In this document: positions 1-16,356 of the stretch, piece by piece
Position numbering within the stretch: the first letter of the stretch is position 1
How the letters are laid out: each line of letters begins with the position of its first letter
Origin: Sedimenticola hydrogenitrophicus
GTDB lineage: Bacteria; Pseudomonadota; Gammaproteobacteria; Chromatiales; Chromatiaceae
Direction: 5' to 3'
DNA length: 64,000 bases
Assembly: GCF_025175675.1 (NCBI RefSeq)
Contig: NZ_JANIOA010000011.1
Location: forward strand, 51,864 to 115,863
Made by a program: the position numbers and the translations under genes
The notes under the pieces: generated by a model
The model's database searches: none
The model's input: only the letters and a program-made list of their open reading frames with translations
What the model was told of the DNA's origin: nothing

Positions 1-375
1 ACCGGCCTGGTCCAACTTTTCGGCATCCCGGCGCATCGCCACCCGGATCGTCTCGGCAATGGCGCTCACCTCGGCCCCGTCCAGCCCGTTCTGGATCGCC
101 TTGCGCAGGTCGCCGAACCGCCGCTCGACCTGATAGGTGTGCTTGGCCCCCAGCTCCATGCGCATCGCCGCCTCCATCTTGCGGTCCTCGAAGACACCGA
201 AGTAAGCACTCACCACCGAGCGTTTGGCCTGTTTCGCATCCCCGGCCAAGTAGGAGTGCTCGGCCGCGTCGATATGCTCCACCACGGCCTCAGCCACCGC
301 CAGCCAGCCTGCGGGTTCGCCGGCCCAACCGATAGCGGGCAGCAGCAACCAGAGAGAAATAAAAGCGTATTTCAT
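1..375 (-). CDS. hypothetical exported protein (partial; gene continues past the window start); N-terminus MKYAFISLWLLLPAIGWA is signal-peptide-like
   Basis: Own translation of the minus strand from the ATG at 375. The ORF stays open to the window edge. It is not in the supplied ORF track because it is truncated. Confidence 0.4.
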   Translation of the reverse strand, partial: MKYAFISLWLLLPAIGWAGEPAGWLAVAEAVVEHIDAAEHSYLAGDAKQAKRSVVSAYFGVFEDRKMEAAMRMELGAKHTYQVERRFGDLRKAIQNGLDGAEVSAIAETIRVAMRRDAEKLDQAG

Positions 376-619
376 GGCGAATCCGTACTCCACAGGCCCG
401 GCCCTCCACCCCGGAGGCGGCTACGGGTCCCGTTCAGAAACCAGGAGAGCCAATAATAACGATTCGCAATTGTAATATCAACACCGCTTGCCCAGCCATG
501 CTAAATTTGGCGAGGTTTAGCCTCAGCATCTCTTGGCAAGGATTTACCGCAGGGGGTTGCCCCTACGCCCGTCCCGGCATTGCCTCGTTGGGGTGCTTTA
601 CGATCCTGCGATCCCTGGA

Positions 620-660
620 TAAAAAAAGGGCGGTGGCCCTCCCGGCCACCACCCTTTTTG
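620..660. terminator. bidirectional rho-independent terminator (A-run, GC hairpin, T-run)
   Basis: aaaaaaagggcggtggccctcccggccaccaccctttttg lies between the convergent upstream gene and gltD. Confidence 0.5.
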
Positions 661-684
661 CCAACCGCCTCCGGCGATAAATCG

Positions 685-2136
685 TCAGCGCGGCAACTCG
701 GAGCTCCCCATCAGGTACTCATCCACGGCGCGGGCGCACTGGCGGCCCTCACGAATCGCCCAGACCACCAGCGATTGCCCGCGGCGCATGTCGCCGGCCG
801 CGAACACCCCACCGATGGAGGTGCGGTACGCCTCGTTCCCTTCGGTATCCCCCTTGACGTTGCCACGGCTATCCAGGCCCACGCCCAGCTCATTGATCAT
901 GCCGTCATGCACCGGATGCACAAAGCCCATCGCCAGGGTCACCAGGTCGGCCTGGAGTTCGAACTCGGAGCCGGCCACCTCGCTCATTTTCCACTCGCCC
1001 GAGTCGCTCTGCTGCCACTCCACCTTGATGCAGCGGACCGCCCTGACATTGCCCTTCCCATCATCCAGGAATGCCTTGGTGGCGACACTCCAGATCCGTT
1101 CGCAGCCCTCTTCCTGGGAGGAGGAGGTGCGCAGCTTGTTCGGCCAGTAAGGCCAGATGGTCAGATGGTCCTCTTTTTCCGGCGGCCGCGGCATGATCTC
1201 GATCTGGGTCACCGACTCCGCGCCCTGGCGGTTGGAGGTGCCGATGCAATCCGATCCGGTATCGCCACCACCAATCACCACCACGTGCTTGCCCGCGGCG
1301 GAGATGAACCCGTCCCCGACCTCGTCACCCTGCACCCGGTGACTGTTCATGCGCAGGAAATCCATGGCAAAGTGGATGCCGTTCAGCTCGCGTCCCGGTA
1401 CCGGCAGGTCCCGCGGCTGCTCGGAGCCGCCGGTCAGTACCACCGCGTCAAACTTGTCCACCAAGACCTTGGCCGGAATATCGAGGCCGATGTGGGTATT
1501 GGCGTGGAACTTGACCCCTTCCGCCTGCATCTGCCCCATGCGGCGGTCGATCACCTTCTTGTCCAGCTTGAAATCGGGAATCCCGTAACGCAGCAACCCG
1601 CCGATACGGTTCTCTTTTTCGAACACCGAGATCGAGTGACCCACCCGCGCCAACTGCTGGGCGCAGGCCAGTCCGGCCGGTCCGGAACCGACGATGGCGA
1701 CCCGTTTGCCGCTCTTGTGGCGGGCGATCTGGGGCTGGATCCAGCCCGCTTCCCACGCCTTCTCGACAATCGCCAGCTCGATGCTCTTGATGGTCACCGG
1801 CTCATCGGTGAGGTTGAGCGTGCACGCTTCCTGACAGGGCGCCGGGCAGATGCGCCCGGTAAACTCGGGAAAGTTATTGGTGGAGTGGAGTACCTCGATG
1901 GCCGATTTCCAGTCATTGTGGTAAACTAGGTCATTCCAGTCGGGGATGATATTGTCCACCGGGCACCCCTTGTGACAAAAGGGGATGCCACAGTCCATGC
2001 ACCGCGCGCCCTGAATACTCAGCTCGTCGCTGCTCAGTTCGATGGTGAACTCGTTGAAATGAGTCAGCCGGTCGGCGACCGGCGCGTAGCTGCGGTCCTG
2101 ACGCGGATACTCCTTGAAACCTGTTGGCTTACCCAT
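685..2136 (-). CDS. gltD: glutamate synthase (NADPH) small subunit
   Basis: 483 aa. It has Cys clusters for Fe-S ([14 protein letters not shown]) and FAD/NAD Rossmann motifs ([22 protein letters not shown]). It lies directly downstream of gltB. Confidence 0.95.
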   Translation of the reverse strand: MGKPTGFKEYPRQDRSYAPVADRLTHFNEFTIELSSDELSIQGARCMDCGIPFCHKGCPVDNIIPDWNDLVYHNDWKSAIEVLHSTNNFPEFTGRICPAPCQEACTLNLTDEPVTIKSIELAIVEKAWEAGWIQPQIARHKSGKRVAIVGSGPAGLACAQQLARVGHSISVFEKENRIGGLLRYGIPDFKLDKKVIDRRMGQMQAEGVKFHANTHIGLDIPAKVLVDKFDAVVLTGGSEQPRDLPVPGRELNGIHFAMDFLRMNSHRVQGDEVGDGFISAAGKHVVVIGGGDTGSDCIGTSNRQGAESVTQIEIMPRPPEKEDHLTIWPYWPNKLRTSSSQEEGCERIWSVATKAFLDDGKGNVRAVRCIKVEWQQSDSGEWKMSEVAGSEFELQADLVTLAMGFVHPVHDGMINELGVGLDSRGNVKGDTEGNEAYRTSIGGVFAAGDMRRGQSLVVWAIREGRQCARAVDEYLMGSSELPR

Positions 2137-2138
2137 GA

Positions 2139-6791
<4,653 letters not shown>

Positions 6792-7026
6792 CTCATCGGG
6801 GCAGAATACGGCAACAACTGCTCTCTACCCGTTGTAAACATGGACGTAAGACCCGAAAAAACACTCTTCGAGGTTCGTCCAAAATGGCCGAAGAATGTCC
6901 ATCACAAGGAATTCCGGCCGGACAGAACCCTGCAGGATAATGGAAAACTTTATTCCAGGCCAGCAATTTACTGAACAGCTTTAATTTCCCTAGATGGAGT
7001 GGGTATCCGCTACGGATTTCCGTCCT

Positions 7027-8832
7027 TTATTTACCCATGGCCGCCTGGACGGAGGCAAAGGTACGGGGCCAGACACCGCTATTGCGCAGCGCGGGCGGCA
7101 GGGTCTCCCGGCCCTTGAGGGCGCTGGATCGGTCCCCATAGACGCCATGGATCACCGAGTACCATGGTTGGCCCGACCGGGTCGTCTTGAAGTAGGCAAC
7201 GTCCCCGCGTAGCCGGTGTTGCTCGATAAACCGCCTGGCGGCCGGCTCATCCCTGACACCCACCAGCTGCAGTGTGTAGGCAACGGGACTCCGGGTCAAT
7301 ATCCAACGCTCGTCCCGAAGGCGCTTCCCGGCGGTGGGGGTCGCCGAATCCGCGCCATCAGTCGCGGCGGCGGGCCTTGCCGCGAGCCCTGGCGACTCGG
7401 CAGCGGCATCCTCTTCGACCACGGGCGTGCCGCCCGCCCCGGGAGCGTCCTCGCCGGCCGGCAGATTATCGGGTGGTGACGCCTCACCGGCAGGTGACAC
7501 ATCGTTAACCGCGCTGGCCACTTCCCCGGCGGCCGGCGCTGTGCCGGGTTTGGGTGTGGCCGGTTCATCCGTCACGCCCGGTTGCGACGCCATCGCCTCC
7601 GCGGCAGTCGGCGGGATGACCGCCGGCCCTGGCGCCTGCTCTGTTTCCGTTGCTGTTTCCGGTTCCGGTTCCGGTTCCGGTTCCGTTGCTGTTTCCGCTT
7701 CTGGTTCCGGCCCCGCTAACAGCTGCGGCGGCTGGTCCGTCCGGGGAGCCGTCCCCAGGGGCGGCGCTTGCTCCAGCCGCTCCCCTATCCCGGGGCCTTC
7801 CGTCTCGCGCGCCGTTCCCGACCCGGGTTGCGGAAGTTGCAGGGGATGCAACCTCCCATCTGTGAAGCTCGTAACGCCTTCCACGGCCGGATCGGCTTCC
7901 GTCTGATCGAACAGCCGATTGATCTCATCCTGAAAAACCAGTGTCAGCAGCAGCAGTACCAGCAGCAAGGGCGCGCCCATCAGCACCGACAGCGGCAGGT
8001 CTGACACCACCGCTCGAATACCGAACCGTTGCTTTGCGGTGGATTGCGCAACCACCGCCTCGGCAGGCTTGGAGGCACCGGCAAAAACGCCCTGCAGTCG
8101 CTCTTCCAGCACGCCCGGCACTCCCGCGGCGTCCCTGATAATCCGCTCAATTCGTCCGGGCGCCAGTTTCAGGCCCGCCGGCTTACCCTCGGTATCGAGC
8201 AGAAACCCGATAAATGCCTGCGCCTGCGCCGCATCAAACAGCGGCATCTCAAGAGACTGGACACTCTGGAGATTCATCGCCTGCAGTTGCGGCGTCTGGA
8301 ACTGCGCATTGATCTCGGGCGTGGCAAACAGCACCACCCGAATCAGCGCCCGGCTGCCGGGACGACGCTCAAAAAGCCGGAACAAGGCGATCAGTGTCGC
8401 TACCGGGAGCAGCTGGGCGTCATCGACCACTATCACCGGTAACCGTCCGGCGGCATGCAGCATCTCGAAGCGCTTGAGCAGCTCCTCGATATTCATCGCC
8501 GCGGGACCGGTCAGCCCGAAACGCCGATAGAGGAGTGAGAAGAACTGGTCGGGCTGCAGCATGTGGTCCGCCGTCAGACAGCAAAGCGCCCAATCCTCCC
8601 GGGATAAATCGCGGAATTGTTGCAGCAGGGTACTCTTACCGGAACCGGTGGCCCCTTTGATTAACAGTATTTTCTCACTGTTATCCGTCAGATGCCGCAG
8701 CAGATCCAGGCGTTGCCTGAGCTCCGGAGTTGAAAAAAACGCCTCAGATCTCCCCGGGGTGGGCGTCCTGTCATGCCGGTGAGTTGATTCGGCGCTCGCT
8801 ACCGCGTCAGCCGGCCGCTGATCCATACTCAT
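7027..8832 (-). CDS. AAA+ ATPase (ExeA/GspA-like P-loop GATGSGKST) with a Pro/Ala/Glu-rich linker and a C-terminal SPOR domain; PA5037/DamX-like protein of the aroKB operon
   Basis: Walker A motif, low-complexity EPEPEP/TATE linker and SPOR-like C-terminus ([11 protein letters not shown]...WYSVIHGVY). Its stop overlaps the aroB start by ATGA. Synteny matches Pseudomonas pilMNOPQ-aroK-aroB-PA5037-gltBD. Confidence 0.75.
   Translation of the reverse strand: MSMDQRPADAVASAESTHRHDRTPTPGRSEAFFSTPELRQRLDLLRHLTDNSEKILLIKGATGSGKSTLLQQFRDLSREDWALCCLTADHMLQPDQFFSLLYRRFGLTGPAAMNIEELLKRFEMLHAAGRLPVIVVDDAQLLPVATLIALFRLFERRPGSRALIRVVLFATPEINAQFQTPQLQAMNLQSVQSLEMPLFDAAQAQAFIGFLLDTEGKPAGLKLAPGRIERIIRDAAGVPGVLEERLQGVFAGASKPAEAVVAQSTAKQRFGIRAVVSDLPLSVLMGAPLLLVLLLLTLVFQDEINRLFDQTEADPAVEGVTSFTDGRLHPLQLPQPGSGTARETEGPGIGERLEQAPPLGTAPRTDQPPQLLAGPEPEAETATEPEPEPEPETATETEQAPGPAVIPPTAAEAMASQPGVTDEPATPKPGTAPAAGEVASAVNDVSPAGEASPPDNLPAGEDAPGAGGTPVVEEDAAAESPGLAARPAAATDGADSATPTAGKRLRDERWILTRSPVAYTLQLVGVRDEPAARRFIEQHRLRGDVAYFKTTRSGQPWYSVIHGVYGDRSSALKGRETLPPALRNSGVWPRTFASVQAAMGK
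7630..7725. repeat. tandem GGTTCC/GTTGCTGTTTCC microsatellite encoding the (EP)n/(ET) linker of the SPOR protein
   Basis: Visible tandem ggttccggttccggttccggttcc and duplicated gttgctgtttccg blocks. Confidence 0.6.
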
Positions 8833-9962
8833 TCAGGTCCATACCCATTCAGGGTCACCTTCAAAAGTTCTGAATCAAAATCATCGGTCACTACGGAAGA
8901 GCCCAGCTGATTCATCAGAACCAAGCGAATTTTCTGTGCCAGCACCTTCTTGTCAACCGACATCAGTTGCATGAACCGATCGGCATCGATGCTCTCCGGC
9001 GGATGGGTGGGCAGGCCGGCTCGGGCGATCAGTGCCGTGATCCGGGCCTGATCGGACGCCGTCAGCCAACCCAGCCGGCGGGAAAAATCCGCCGCCATGC
9101 AGATACCGGCGCCGACGGCCTCACCATGCAGCCACTCACCATAACCCATCCCCGTTTCGATGGCATGGCCAAAGGTGTGTCCCAGGTTGAGCAGGGCACG
9201 ATTGCCGGCCTCGCGTTCGTCCGCCGCCACGACACCGGCCTTATCGCTGCAGGAACGCTCAATGGCATAGCTCAGCAGAGCCTGGTCCCGGGCCATCAGA
9301 CTGTCCATATTCTGTTCCAGCCAGACAAAAAATTCCGGGTCGCCGATCAGCCCGTATTTGATCACTTCCGCCAGCCCGGCGGAGAGTTGGCGCTTGTCCA
9401 GGGTAGCCAGCGTCTGAATATCGGCAATGACGCACTGTGGTTGATAAAATGCGCCAATCATATTTTTTCCCAGCGGATGATTCACACCGGTTTTACCGCC
9501 AACCGATGAATCCACTTGCGCCAGGAGCGTGGTGGGCACCTGGATGAAATAGACGCCCCGTTGGTAACAGGCGGCGGCGAAACCCGCCATGTCGCCCACC
9601 ACCCCACCACCCAAACCGATCACCGTACAGCGCCGGTCGAAGCGGTTTTCCAGCAATGCATCAATAATCCCTTGCCACACCGCCAGGGTCTTGTACTGCT
9701 CGCCATCCGGCAGAATGACCGACTCGACCCGAAACTCCCGAAGCGCTGCCTGGACCGTCTCCAGATAGAGGGGCGCCACCGTGGTATTCGACACGATCAG
9801 CACCTGCTGTCCATGGATATGGGGGCGGTAGACCGCACTGTCGCCAAGCAGATCGGTACCAATATAGATGGGATAAGAGCGCTCGGCGAGATTAACATTC
9901 AAAATGCTGGTCTGGTTATTCATTATGCGATAATAATTCTGGTTAATAACTGGGTTTGGCAA
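8829..9962 (-). CDS. aroB: 3-dehydroquinate synthase
   Basis: Conserved AroB motifs ([31 protein letters not shown]). The start may be the internal Met at 9923 (MNNQ...). Confidence 0.9.
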   Translation of the reverse strand: MPNPVINQNYYRIMNNQTSILNVNLAERSYPIYIGTDLLGDSAVYRPHIHGQQVLIVSNTTVAPLYLETVQAALREFRVESVILPDGEQYKTLAVWQGIIDALLENRFDRRCTVIGLGGGVVGDMAGFAAACYQRGVYFIQVPTTLLAQVDSSVGGKTGVNHPLGKNMIGAFYQPQCVIADIQTLATLDKRQLSAGLAEVIKYGLIGDPEFFVWLEQNMDSLMARDQALLSYAIERSCSDKAGVVAADEREAGNRALLNLGHTFGHAIETGMGYGEWLHGEAVGAGICMAADFSRRLGWLTASDQARITALIARAGLPTHPPESIDADRFMQLMSVDKKVLAQKIRLVLMNQLGSSVVTDDFDSELLKVTLNGYGPE

Positions 9963-9980
9963 AAAAATGGTAACTATTCA

Positions 9981-10066
9981 AAAGAACCACGGATGGACAC
10001 AGATACACGCGGAGAGGGGGTCAGCATTCTGAATCTGTGTTTATCTGTGTGAATCCGTGGTTCTAC
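9981..10066. repeat. palindromic MITE/REP-like element, family B (GAACCACGGAT..ACACAGATAAACAC // revcomp)
   Basis: Near-perfect 85-bp hairpin. Related copies at 35232-35262 and 35538-35622. Confidence 0.7.
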
Positions 10067-10228
10067 AGTGCGGTTGGAGTGAAGTACGCACCCCAACGAG
10101 CCGAGCCTTGCGCATAGGGCGGGCCGTACCCGCCGACGGCGCCCATGGGGCGCCCTATGGCCGGTTTCCGGGGTATCGAAACTGCGCGTAAACCAGAAAT
10201 AAGCCATATTTAGAATTGCCGCCGGGAA

Positions 10229-10747
10229 TCACTCGGCCCTGAGCTTTCTGACAATCTCATTGGCCACCGCCGAAGCACTACGCTTCTCTGAAGTCACGAC
10301 GATATCCGCCGTCTCCCGATACAGGGGATCGCGCTCCGCCATCAGCGCCTGCAGGGTGCCCAGAGGATCCTCTGTCTGCAACAGCGGCCGACTCCGGTCC
10401 CGCAGGGTACGTTCATACTGCTGTTCCGGGCTACAGTAGAGATAGACCACAAAACCGCGGCTGCTCAGGTTGCGTCGATTATCCGGATCGAGGATCGAAC
10501 CACCCCCGGTGGCCAGCACCAGCCCCGCTTGTTGGGTAAGATCTTCGATCACGGCGCTTTCGCGCTTGCGGAATCCCTCCTCACCCTCATAGTCGAATAT
10601 GGTGGGAATATCGACCCCAGTACGTCGCTGGATCTCGTGATCGGTATCATCAAAATCCAGGCCGAGCAATGCGGCCACCTGACGACCGATGGTGCTTTTA
10701 CCAGCCCCCATGGGCCCAATCAGAAAGATATTGTTTGGATGATTCAT
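10229..10747 (-). CDS. aroK: shikimate kinase
   Basis: 172 aa with P-loop GPMGAGKST. Lies upstream of aroB. Confidence 0.9.
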   Translation of the reverse strand: MNHPNNIFLIGPMGAGKSTIGRQVAALLGLDFDDTDHEIQRRTGVDIPTIFDYEGEEGFRKRESAVIEDLTQQAGLVLATGGGSILDPDNRRNLSSRGFVVYLYCSPEQQYERTLRDRSRPLLQTEDPLGTLQALMAERDPLYRETADIVVTSEKRSASAVANEIVRKLRAE

Positions 10748-11122
10748 AGAGCGCTAGGTATGCCAGATTTTCTATCAACAGACAATTAAAAATGGACCAT
10801 CAACACGAATCGCCGGATATTTCCGGGCTATCGGCAGAAATCCTGGTCCAGTTGTTCATGGGCCACCCGTTGCGCGGTCCCGGACCACGGCAAACTTTTC
10901 CCCGTCATTGCGAGGTGCCGCCGCACCGTTCCCGGCCATTGCCAGGGGTTTGCGCGACGCAGCAATCCCAGGCTTCGGATTGGCGGGCCGCTTCGCCGTT
11001 GTGCTCCACGCAACGCCCGCAAGGCATAAGCGCTTCACGCGCTGCGTTGTCCGGCCGCCCCAAACAAGAAGGGTCTATCCGCGCGGATAGACCCTTCCGG
11101 GTGCAACCAGGAGAGCCGTGTA

Positions 11123-13324
11123 TCAGCGGGCTGACAGGGTCTCCTTGAGGATCTTCGGGGTGACGAAGATCAACAGTTCCCGGTTCTCATCCGTACGCAG
11201 TTCCTGTTTGAACATGAAGCCCACATAGGGGAGATCGCCGAAGAATGGGACACGTTCATTTCTGCGCGTCTCCGAACGCTCGAATACACCGCCCAGGACC
11301 ACGGTTTCGCCGTTCTCGACCAGCACGGAGGTCTCAACCTCCCGCGTATCCACTGGCGGCACGCCCAAGACCGAACGGGAGAAGTCGGGACTGTCCTTGG
11401 AGATATTGAGATCCATGATAATCCGATCATCCGGGGTGATATGGGGGGTCACCTCAAGCTTCAGCACCGCCTCCTTGAACGAGACCGTGGTCGCGCCACT
11501 GGAACTGGCCTCCTGATAGGGGATCTCGACACCCTGCTTGATCACCGCGGTACTCTGATCCGATGTGACCACCCGGGGGCTGGAAACGACCTCGCCCTTG
11601 CCCTCCTGCTGCATGGCGGAGAGCTCCAGCTGCAGCAGATAGGAACCGAGCTTCCCGGCGATAAAGTTTATTGCCCCGCCCCTGGATGAACTCAGGGTCT
11701 GTGGGAGATTGACCAGCAGCCCCTCCATACCGGAACCGGCGGGCGACTCCAGGGAGCCCTCATGCAAGCCGGCCGTGTTACCGATGTAGCCCGCCTGGGT
11801 GCCATTGATATCCAGGAAGTTACCGTCCTGCTTGAGGTGGGTGCTGAGGCCGAAACGCACGCCGATATCCCTGGCGAAATCATCATTGGCGATCACCACA
11901 CGGGACTCGATCAGCACCTGCCGGACGGCCACATCGAGCCGCGTGATCAGCCGCCGGATATCGTCAAGTTTGGCGGCGGTATCGCGTACCAGCAGGGTAT
12001 TGGTCCTTTCATCGAAAGTGACATTGCCACGCTCAGGCGTCAGCAGCTGATTGCCTTCCGCCTTCAACAGTTTCTGTATATCGGTCGCCTTGGCATAGTT
12101 CAGCTGTATGTATTCCGAAAACAGCGGCGCCAACTCCTCGATCTGGCGCTGCGACTCCAGCTCCAGCTTTTCGCGCGCGGCTATCTCTTCGGTTGGCGCA
12201 ATCAGCAGGACGTTGCCATTCTGGCGCATGGAGAGACCGCGCGTTTTCATGATGATGCTTAGCGCCTGATCCCACGGAACATTCTTCAACCGCAGGGTGA
12301 TATTGCCGCTAACCGTATCCGAGGTGACCAGATTCAGACCGGTGAAATCCGCCAGCAGCTGGAGTACGGCGCGCACTTCGATATCCTGGAAATTGAGAGA
12401 CAACCGTTCACCGGTGAACGTCTCCTTGCGCCGCTGCATCTCCTCTCTTTCCTCCTTGGTCAGGGCGCGAAATTCGACAGTAAAGAGATCATTGGCCTGG
12501 TAGGCGAGGTGTTCGTACTCACCCATTGCGGTGATCTCGATATGCACATTCTCGCCCTGGCTGGTGACCTCGAACTGTTTTACCGGGGTGGAGAAATCGC
12601 CCACATCAAACTTGCGCATCAACCGCTCCGGCAGCGAGGTATTGAGGATATCCAGGACGATCCGGCCTGACTCCTCGCGCATATCCACGGCGGCTGCCGG
12701 ATTGCCCAGGGTCAGGATCACCTGCCCCTCGCCGCCATCACCCCGCCGGAAATCCACATTGCGCAGACTGTCCACCGGCTCCCCGGCCGTGTCCGGGGAA
12801 GCTGGCACGGCGGGTGCCGCCGCGGTGGCTGTTCTGCCGGAGGAGGCCACCCGGGCACCACCCTTGATGGTGATTTCCAGCTGGTTTCCGTTCACCACGA
12901 TATCGTGGCCTGTCGCTTCAACCAGATTGACCACCACCCGGGTGCGGTCTCCCGCCTCAATAGCCGTGACGCTACGGGTATTGCCAATCCCGATTGCCTG
13001 GGTTTTGCTGCTCAGCCCGTTGGACATGCCAAAAAAATCCAGCGCAATGCGTGCGGGATTATCGGTGGTGAACATCTGTGGCCGTTCAATCGGTTTATCC
13101 GCACGCAGCGTAATGACCACATCGTCGCCAGGCAACGCGGAGAAAGTCAGTTCTTTCAGCACATTGTCCGCCGCGAAAACGGGTGTCAGCGAACACAGGA
13201 ACAGGAGAACAACTGCCAGGAACAGCCGCCGGGAGGAGTGGTGCAGGGGTGCACCGTTTACGGACCCAAGGATGGAGGAGGGGTACAGGGATGTACCGTT
13301 TACGAACCTGAGGATGGAATTCAT
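11123..13324 (-). CDS. pilQ: type IV pilus secretin PilQ; likely start MNS at 13324; carries an in-frame 84-bp repeat insertion after codon 3
   Basis: N0/AMIN and secretin domains. The C-terminus resembles the secretin family (VLGGVF..PFFGDLPYVGFMF). Downstream of pilMNOP. The N-terminus MNS..RRLFLAVVLLF fits a secretin N-terminus once the 28-aa insert is removed (recalled from memory, not compared). Confidence 0.9.
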   Translation of the reverse strand: MNSILRFVNGTSLYPSSILGSVNGAPLHHSSRRLFLAVVLLFLCSLTPVFAADNVLKELTFSALPGDDVVITLRADKPIERPQMFTTDNPARIALDFFGMSNGLSSKTQAIGIGNTRSVTAIEAGDRTRVVVNLVEATGHDIVVNGNQLEITIKGGARVASSGRTATAAAPAVPASPDTAGEPVDSLRNVDFRRGDGGEGQVILTLGNPAAAVDMREESGRIVLDILNTSLPERLMRKFDVGDFSTPVKQFEVTSQGENVHIEITAMGEYEHLAYQANDLFTVEFRALTKEEREEMQRRKETFTGERLSLNFQDIEVRAVLQLLADFTGLNLVTSDTVSGNITLRLKNVPWDQALSIIMKTRGLSMRQNGNVLLIAPTEEIAAREKLELESQRQIEELAPLFSEYIQLNYAKATDIQKLLKAEGNQLLTPERGNVTFDERTNTLLVRDTAAKLDDIRRLITRLDVAVRQVLIESRVVIANDDFARDIGVRFGLSTHLKQDGNFLDINGTQAGYIGNTAGLHEGSLESPAGSGMEGLLVNLPQTLSSSRGGAINFIAGKLGSYLLQLELSAMQQEGKGEVVSSPRVVTSDQSTAVIKQGVEIPYQEASSSGATTVSFKEAVLKLEVTPHITPDDRIIMDLNISKDSPDFSRSVLGVPPVDTREVETSVLVENGETVVLGGVFERSETRRNERVPFFGDLPYVGFMFKQELRTDENRELLIFVTPKILKETLSAR
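13232..13315. repeat. family C 42-bp repeat, two tandem units, lying in frame inside the pilQ 5' end
   Basis: ggaggagtggtgcaggggtgcaccgtttacggacccaaggatgg + aggaggggtacagggatgtaccgtttacgaacctgaggatgg. Same family as 35454-35497 and 40010-40118. Confidence 0.8.
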
Positions 13325-13406
13325 CACATCCGTCGCCACACCCTGACCCTGAGGCTGGTTCCACCGTTTTACGTCAAGTGGTTTATTTTTCATTAACATA
13401 GCCCTG

Positions 13407-13943
13407 TTACTCTCCTGCCAATGCCAAGGAGGCCTGCCGCTCACGGTAACCGCCCTGACCGTCCGGAATGATCTCCGTCAACTCAACCTGGGTTTCATTG
13501 ATCTGGGTTATCTGCCCGTGGTTTGTCCCCAGATAATTGCCCGCCTTAACCCGGTGAATCGTTCTCTCTTGTGTCTGGATCAACGCCCATGTAATCCCCA
13601 ACTGCTCCAGCAGCCCCACCATGCGCAGCGAATCCAGCGGATAACTCTCCAGCTCCTCCTTGCGGCGGTTGAAGTCCGGCCCGAATCCATCGCCTGCATT
13701 CTGTCCGAGCGACTCCTCGCCCTGGGCCTGTGACTCAAACGGGCTGCGCCGGCCGTCGCTTAGATAGGCGAAAGTCTCAATCGGCTTGATTTCCGGCAAT
13801 GGCTCAATGTGCCCGGCCTTCCTGGATTTCACTTCATCCACATAGCTTTTCAGATCGTGCATGCTCCGGTCGGCACAGGCAGACAGCAGGAGAACAGCGG
13901 CCAGCAAAGGTACAAGACGAATGATCTTGTTATACGTCATCAA
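13407..13943 (-). CDS. pilP: type IV pilus assembly lipoprotein PilP
   Basis: 178 aa with a lipobox (LLSAC). Position between pilO and pilQ. Confidence 0.8.
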   Translation of the reverse strand: MMTYNKIIRLVPLLAAVLLLSACADRSMHDLKSYVDEVKSRKAGHIEPLPEIKPIETFAYLSDGRRSPFESQAQGEESLGQNAGDGFGPDFNRRKEELESYPLDSLRMVGLLEQLGITWALIQTQERTIHRVKAGNYLGTNHGQITQINETQVELTEIIPDGQGGYRERQASLALAGE

Positions 13944-14524
13944 TTCGCCTCCTCTTCCAGATAGCGGTATGTCTTTGCCGTCGCGGTCATCACCAGCACC
14001 CCCTCGGCGCGGGGCGTCACGGAGACGTCATGGATGGTGACGATGCGCGGCAGGGCGGCCAGGCCACTGATAAAGGCCCCCAGTTCATGGTAATTGCCGA
14101 ATACCCGCAGCTGTATCGGCAATTCGGCGTAAAACTCGCGCGGGACTTCAGCCTGCGGACCGAACAGCTCGAATTCCAGGCCCGCGGCCAAACCGGTTTG
14201 CGATACATCCACCAGCAGATCCGCCACTTCGGTCTTGTTCGGCAACTGTCGCAACATGGCGCCGAAGGACTGCTTCATCTCTTCCAGCTGCTTCTTGTAT
14301 TTCTCCAGATTTACCGCTTTGGCCTGCTTGCGCTCAAACTCGGCACGCAGGCTCAACTCCTTCTTCTCTGCGGTCTCCAGGTTGAGCAACTGCTCTTCGG
14401 TGTTGTAATAGTACCAGCCGACGGCGACTCCGACGCAGAGCAGGATAATAATAAACGCCTTTACGGGCGTCGGCCAACCGCCGATATTGTTGAAATCAAG
14501 TTCATTCAACTCCTGAAGGTTCAC
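13940..14524 (-). CDS. pilO: type IV pilus assembly protein PilO
   Basis: 194 aa, single TM followed by coiled coil. Synteny. Confidence 0.8.
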   Translation of the reverse strand: MNLQELNELDFNNIGGWPTPVKAFIIILLCVGVAVGWYYYNTEEQLLNLETAEKKELSLRAEFERKQAKAVNLEKYKKQLEEMKQSFGAMLRQLPNKTEVADLLVDVSQTGLAAGLEFELFGPQAEVPREFYAELPIQLRVFGNYHELGAFISGLAALPRIVTIHDVSVTPRAEGVLVMTATAKTYRYLEEEAN

Positions 14525-15078
14525 TGCTGATCCCCCTTTTCCTTATTGCGGTCGATCTGTTTGGCCGTCAGGGTGAATATACCCTTGGATCTTTCGGTGC
14601 TGGTGATCACCTGCAGGGACGGCCCACCCAACCAGGCCGAAGTATCGATATTACGCATGTAGGCGGAGACGCGGGCATTGGACTCGGCGACTCCATTCAA
14701 TGTTATCGCCCCCCCCTTCTGATCCAGCTTGGTCAGGTGGGTACCATCCGGAATGGTAGTAACCAGTTCGTCAAACAGGTGCACGATCTGCGGTCGGCTG
14801 CCCTGTAGTGACTGGATCACATTCATGCGCGCAATCAGTTGCGCTTTCTGCTTCTCCAGATCCTGTATCTCTTTGATTTTTTTATCGACGATCGCAATCT
14901 CTTGCCCCAGATAGCCGTTGCGCGCTCCCTGGTGGCTGATCATATCCTCGATATAGAAGTGCACTCCCCCCGCGGCGGCACCGGTCAGTATCAGCGCAAG
15001 CAGCACCGACATGCCGAAGTCCTTTTGGCGCTTTTTTCTGAGGGTTTCCCGCCAGGGAAGTAGATTTATATGGGCCAT
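14521..15078 (-). CDS. pilN: type IV pilus assembly protein PilN
   Basis: 185 aa starting MAHINLLPWRE (PilN signature N-terminus), with a TM segment. Confidence 0.85.
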   Translation of the reverse strand: MAHINLLPWRETLRKKRQKDFGMSVLLALILTGAAAGGVHFYIEDMISHQGARNGYLGQEIAIVDKKIKEIQDLEKQKAQLIARMNVIQSLQGSRPQIVHLFDELVTTIPDGTHLTKLDQKGGAITLNGVAESNARVSAYMRNIDTSAWLGGPSLQVITSTERSKGIFTLTAKQIDRNKEKGDQQ

Positions 15079-15079
15079 A

Positions 15080-16201
<1,122 letters not shown>

Positions 16202-16356
16202 TTAGGTTTTCCTTTAATTAGAATAGTTAACTATATAGCAGTAAATGATTTTCTTGTGAAGTATTTTTTATCCAAGACTGTCACAACAACACATATTTGG
16301 TAGTATAGCCACATATTCTGGACAATATATTCTGGATCCCCATCAATACACAATCC

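Noticed and set aside
139-456. Plus-strand 105-aa ORF at the window start
   Set aside because: It is opposite the better-supported minus-strand exported-protein gene fragment (signal peptide at 375) and has His/Arg-rich composition.
7630-7725. Possible CRISPR-like short direct repeats (ggttcc tandem)
   Set aside because: A 6-bp microsatellite inside a coding low-complexity linker. It has no spacers and no cas genes, so it is not CRISPR.
12531-13346. 271-aa plus-strand ORF antisense to the pilQ 5' region
   Set aside because: Shadow ORF. Its C-terminus is just the family C repeat read in another frame.
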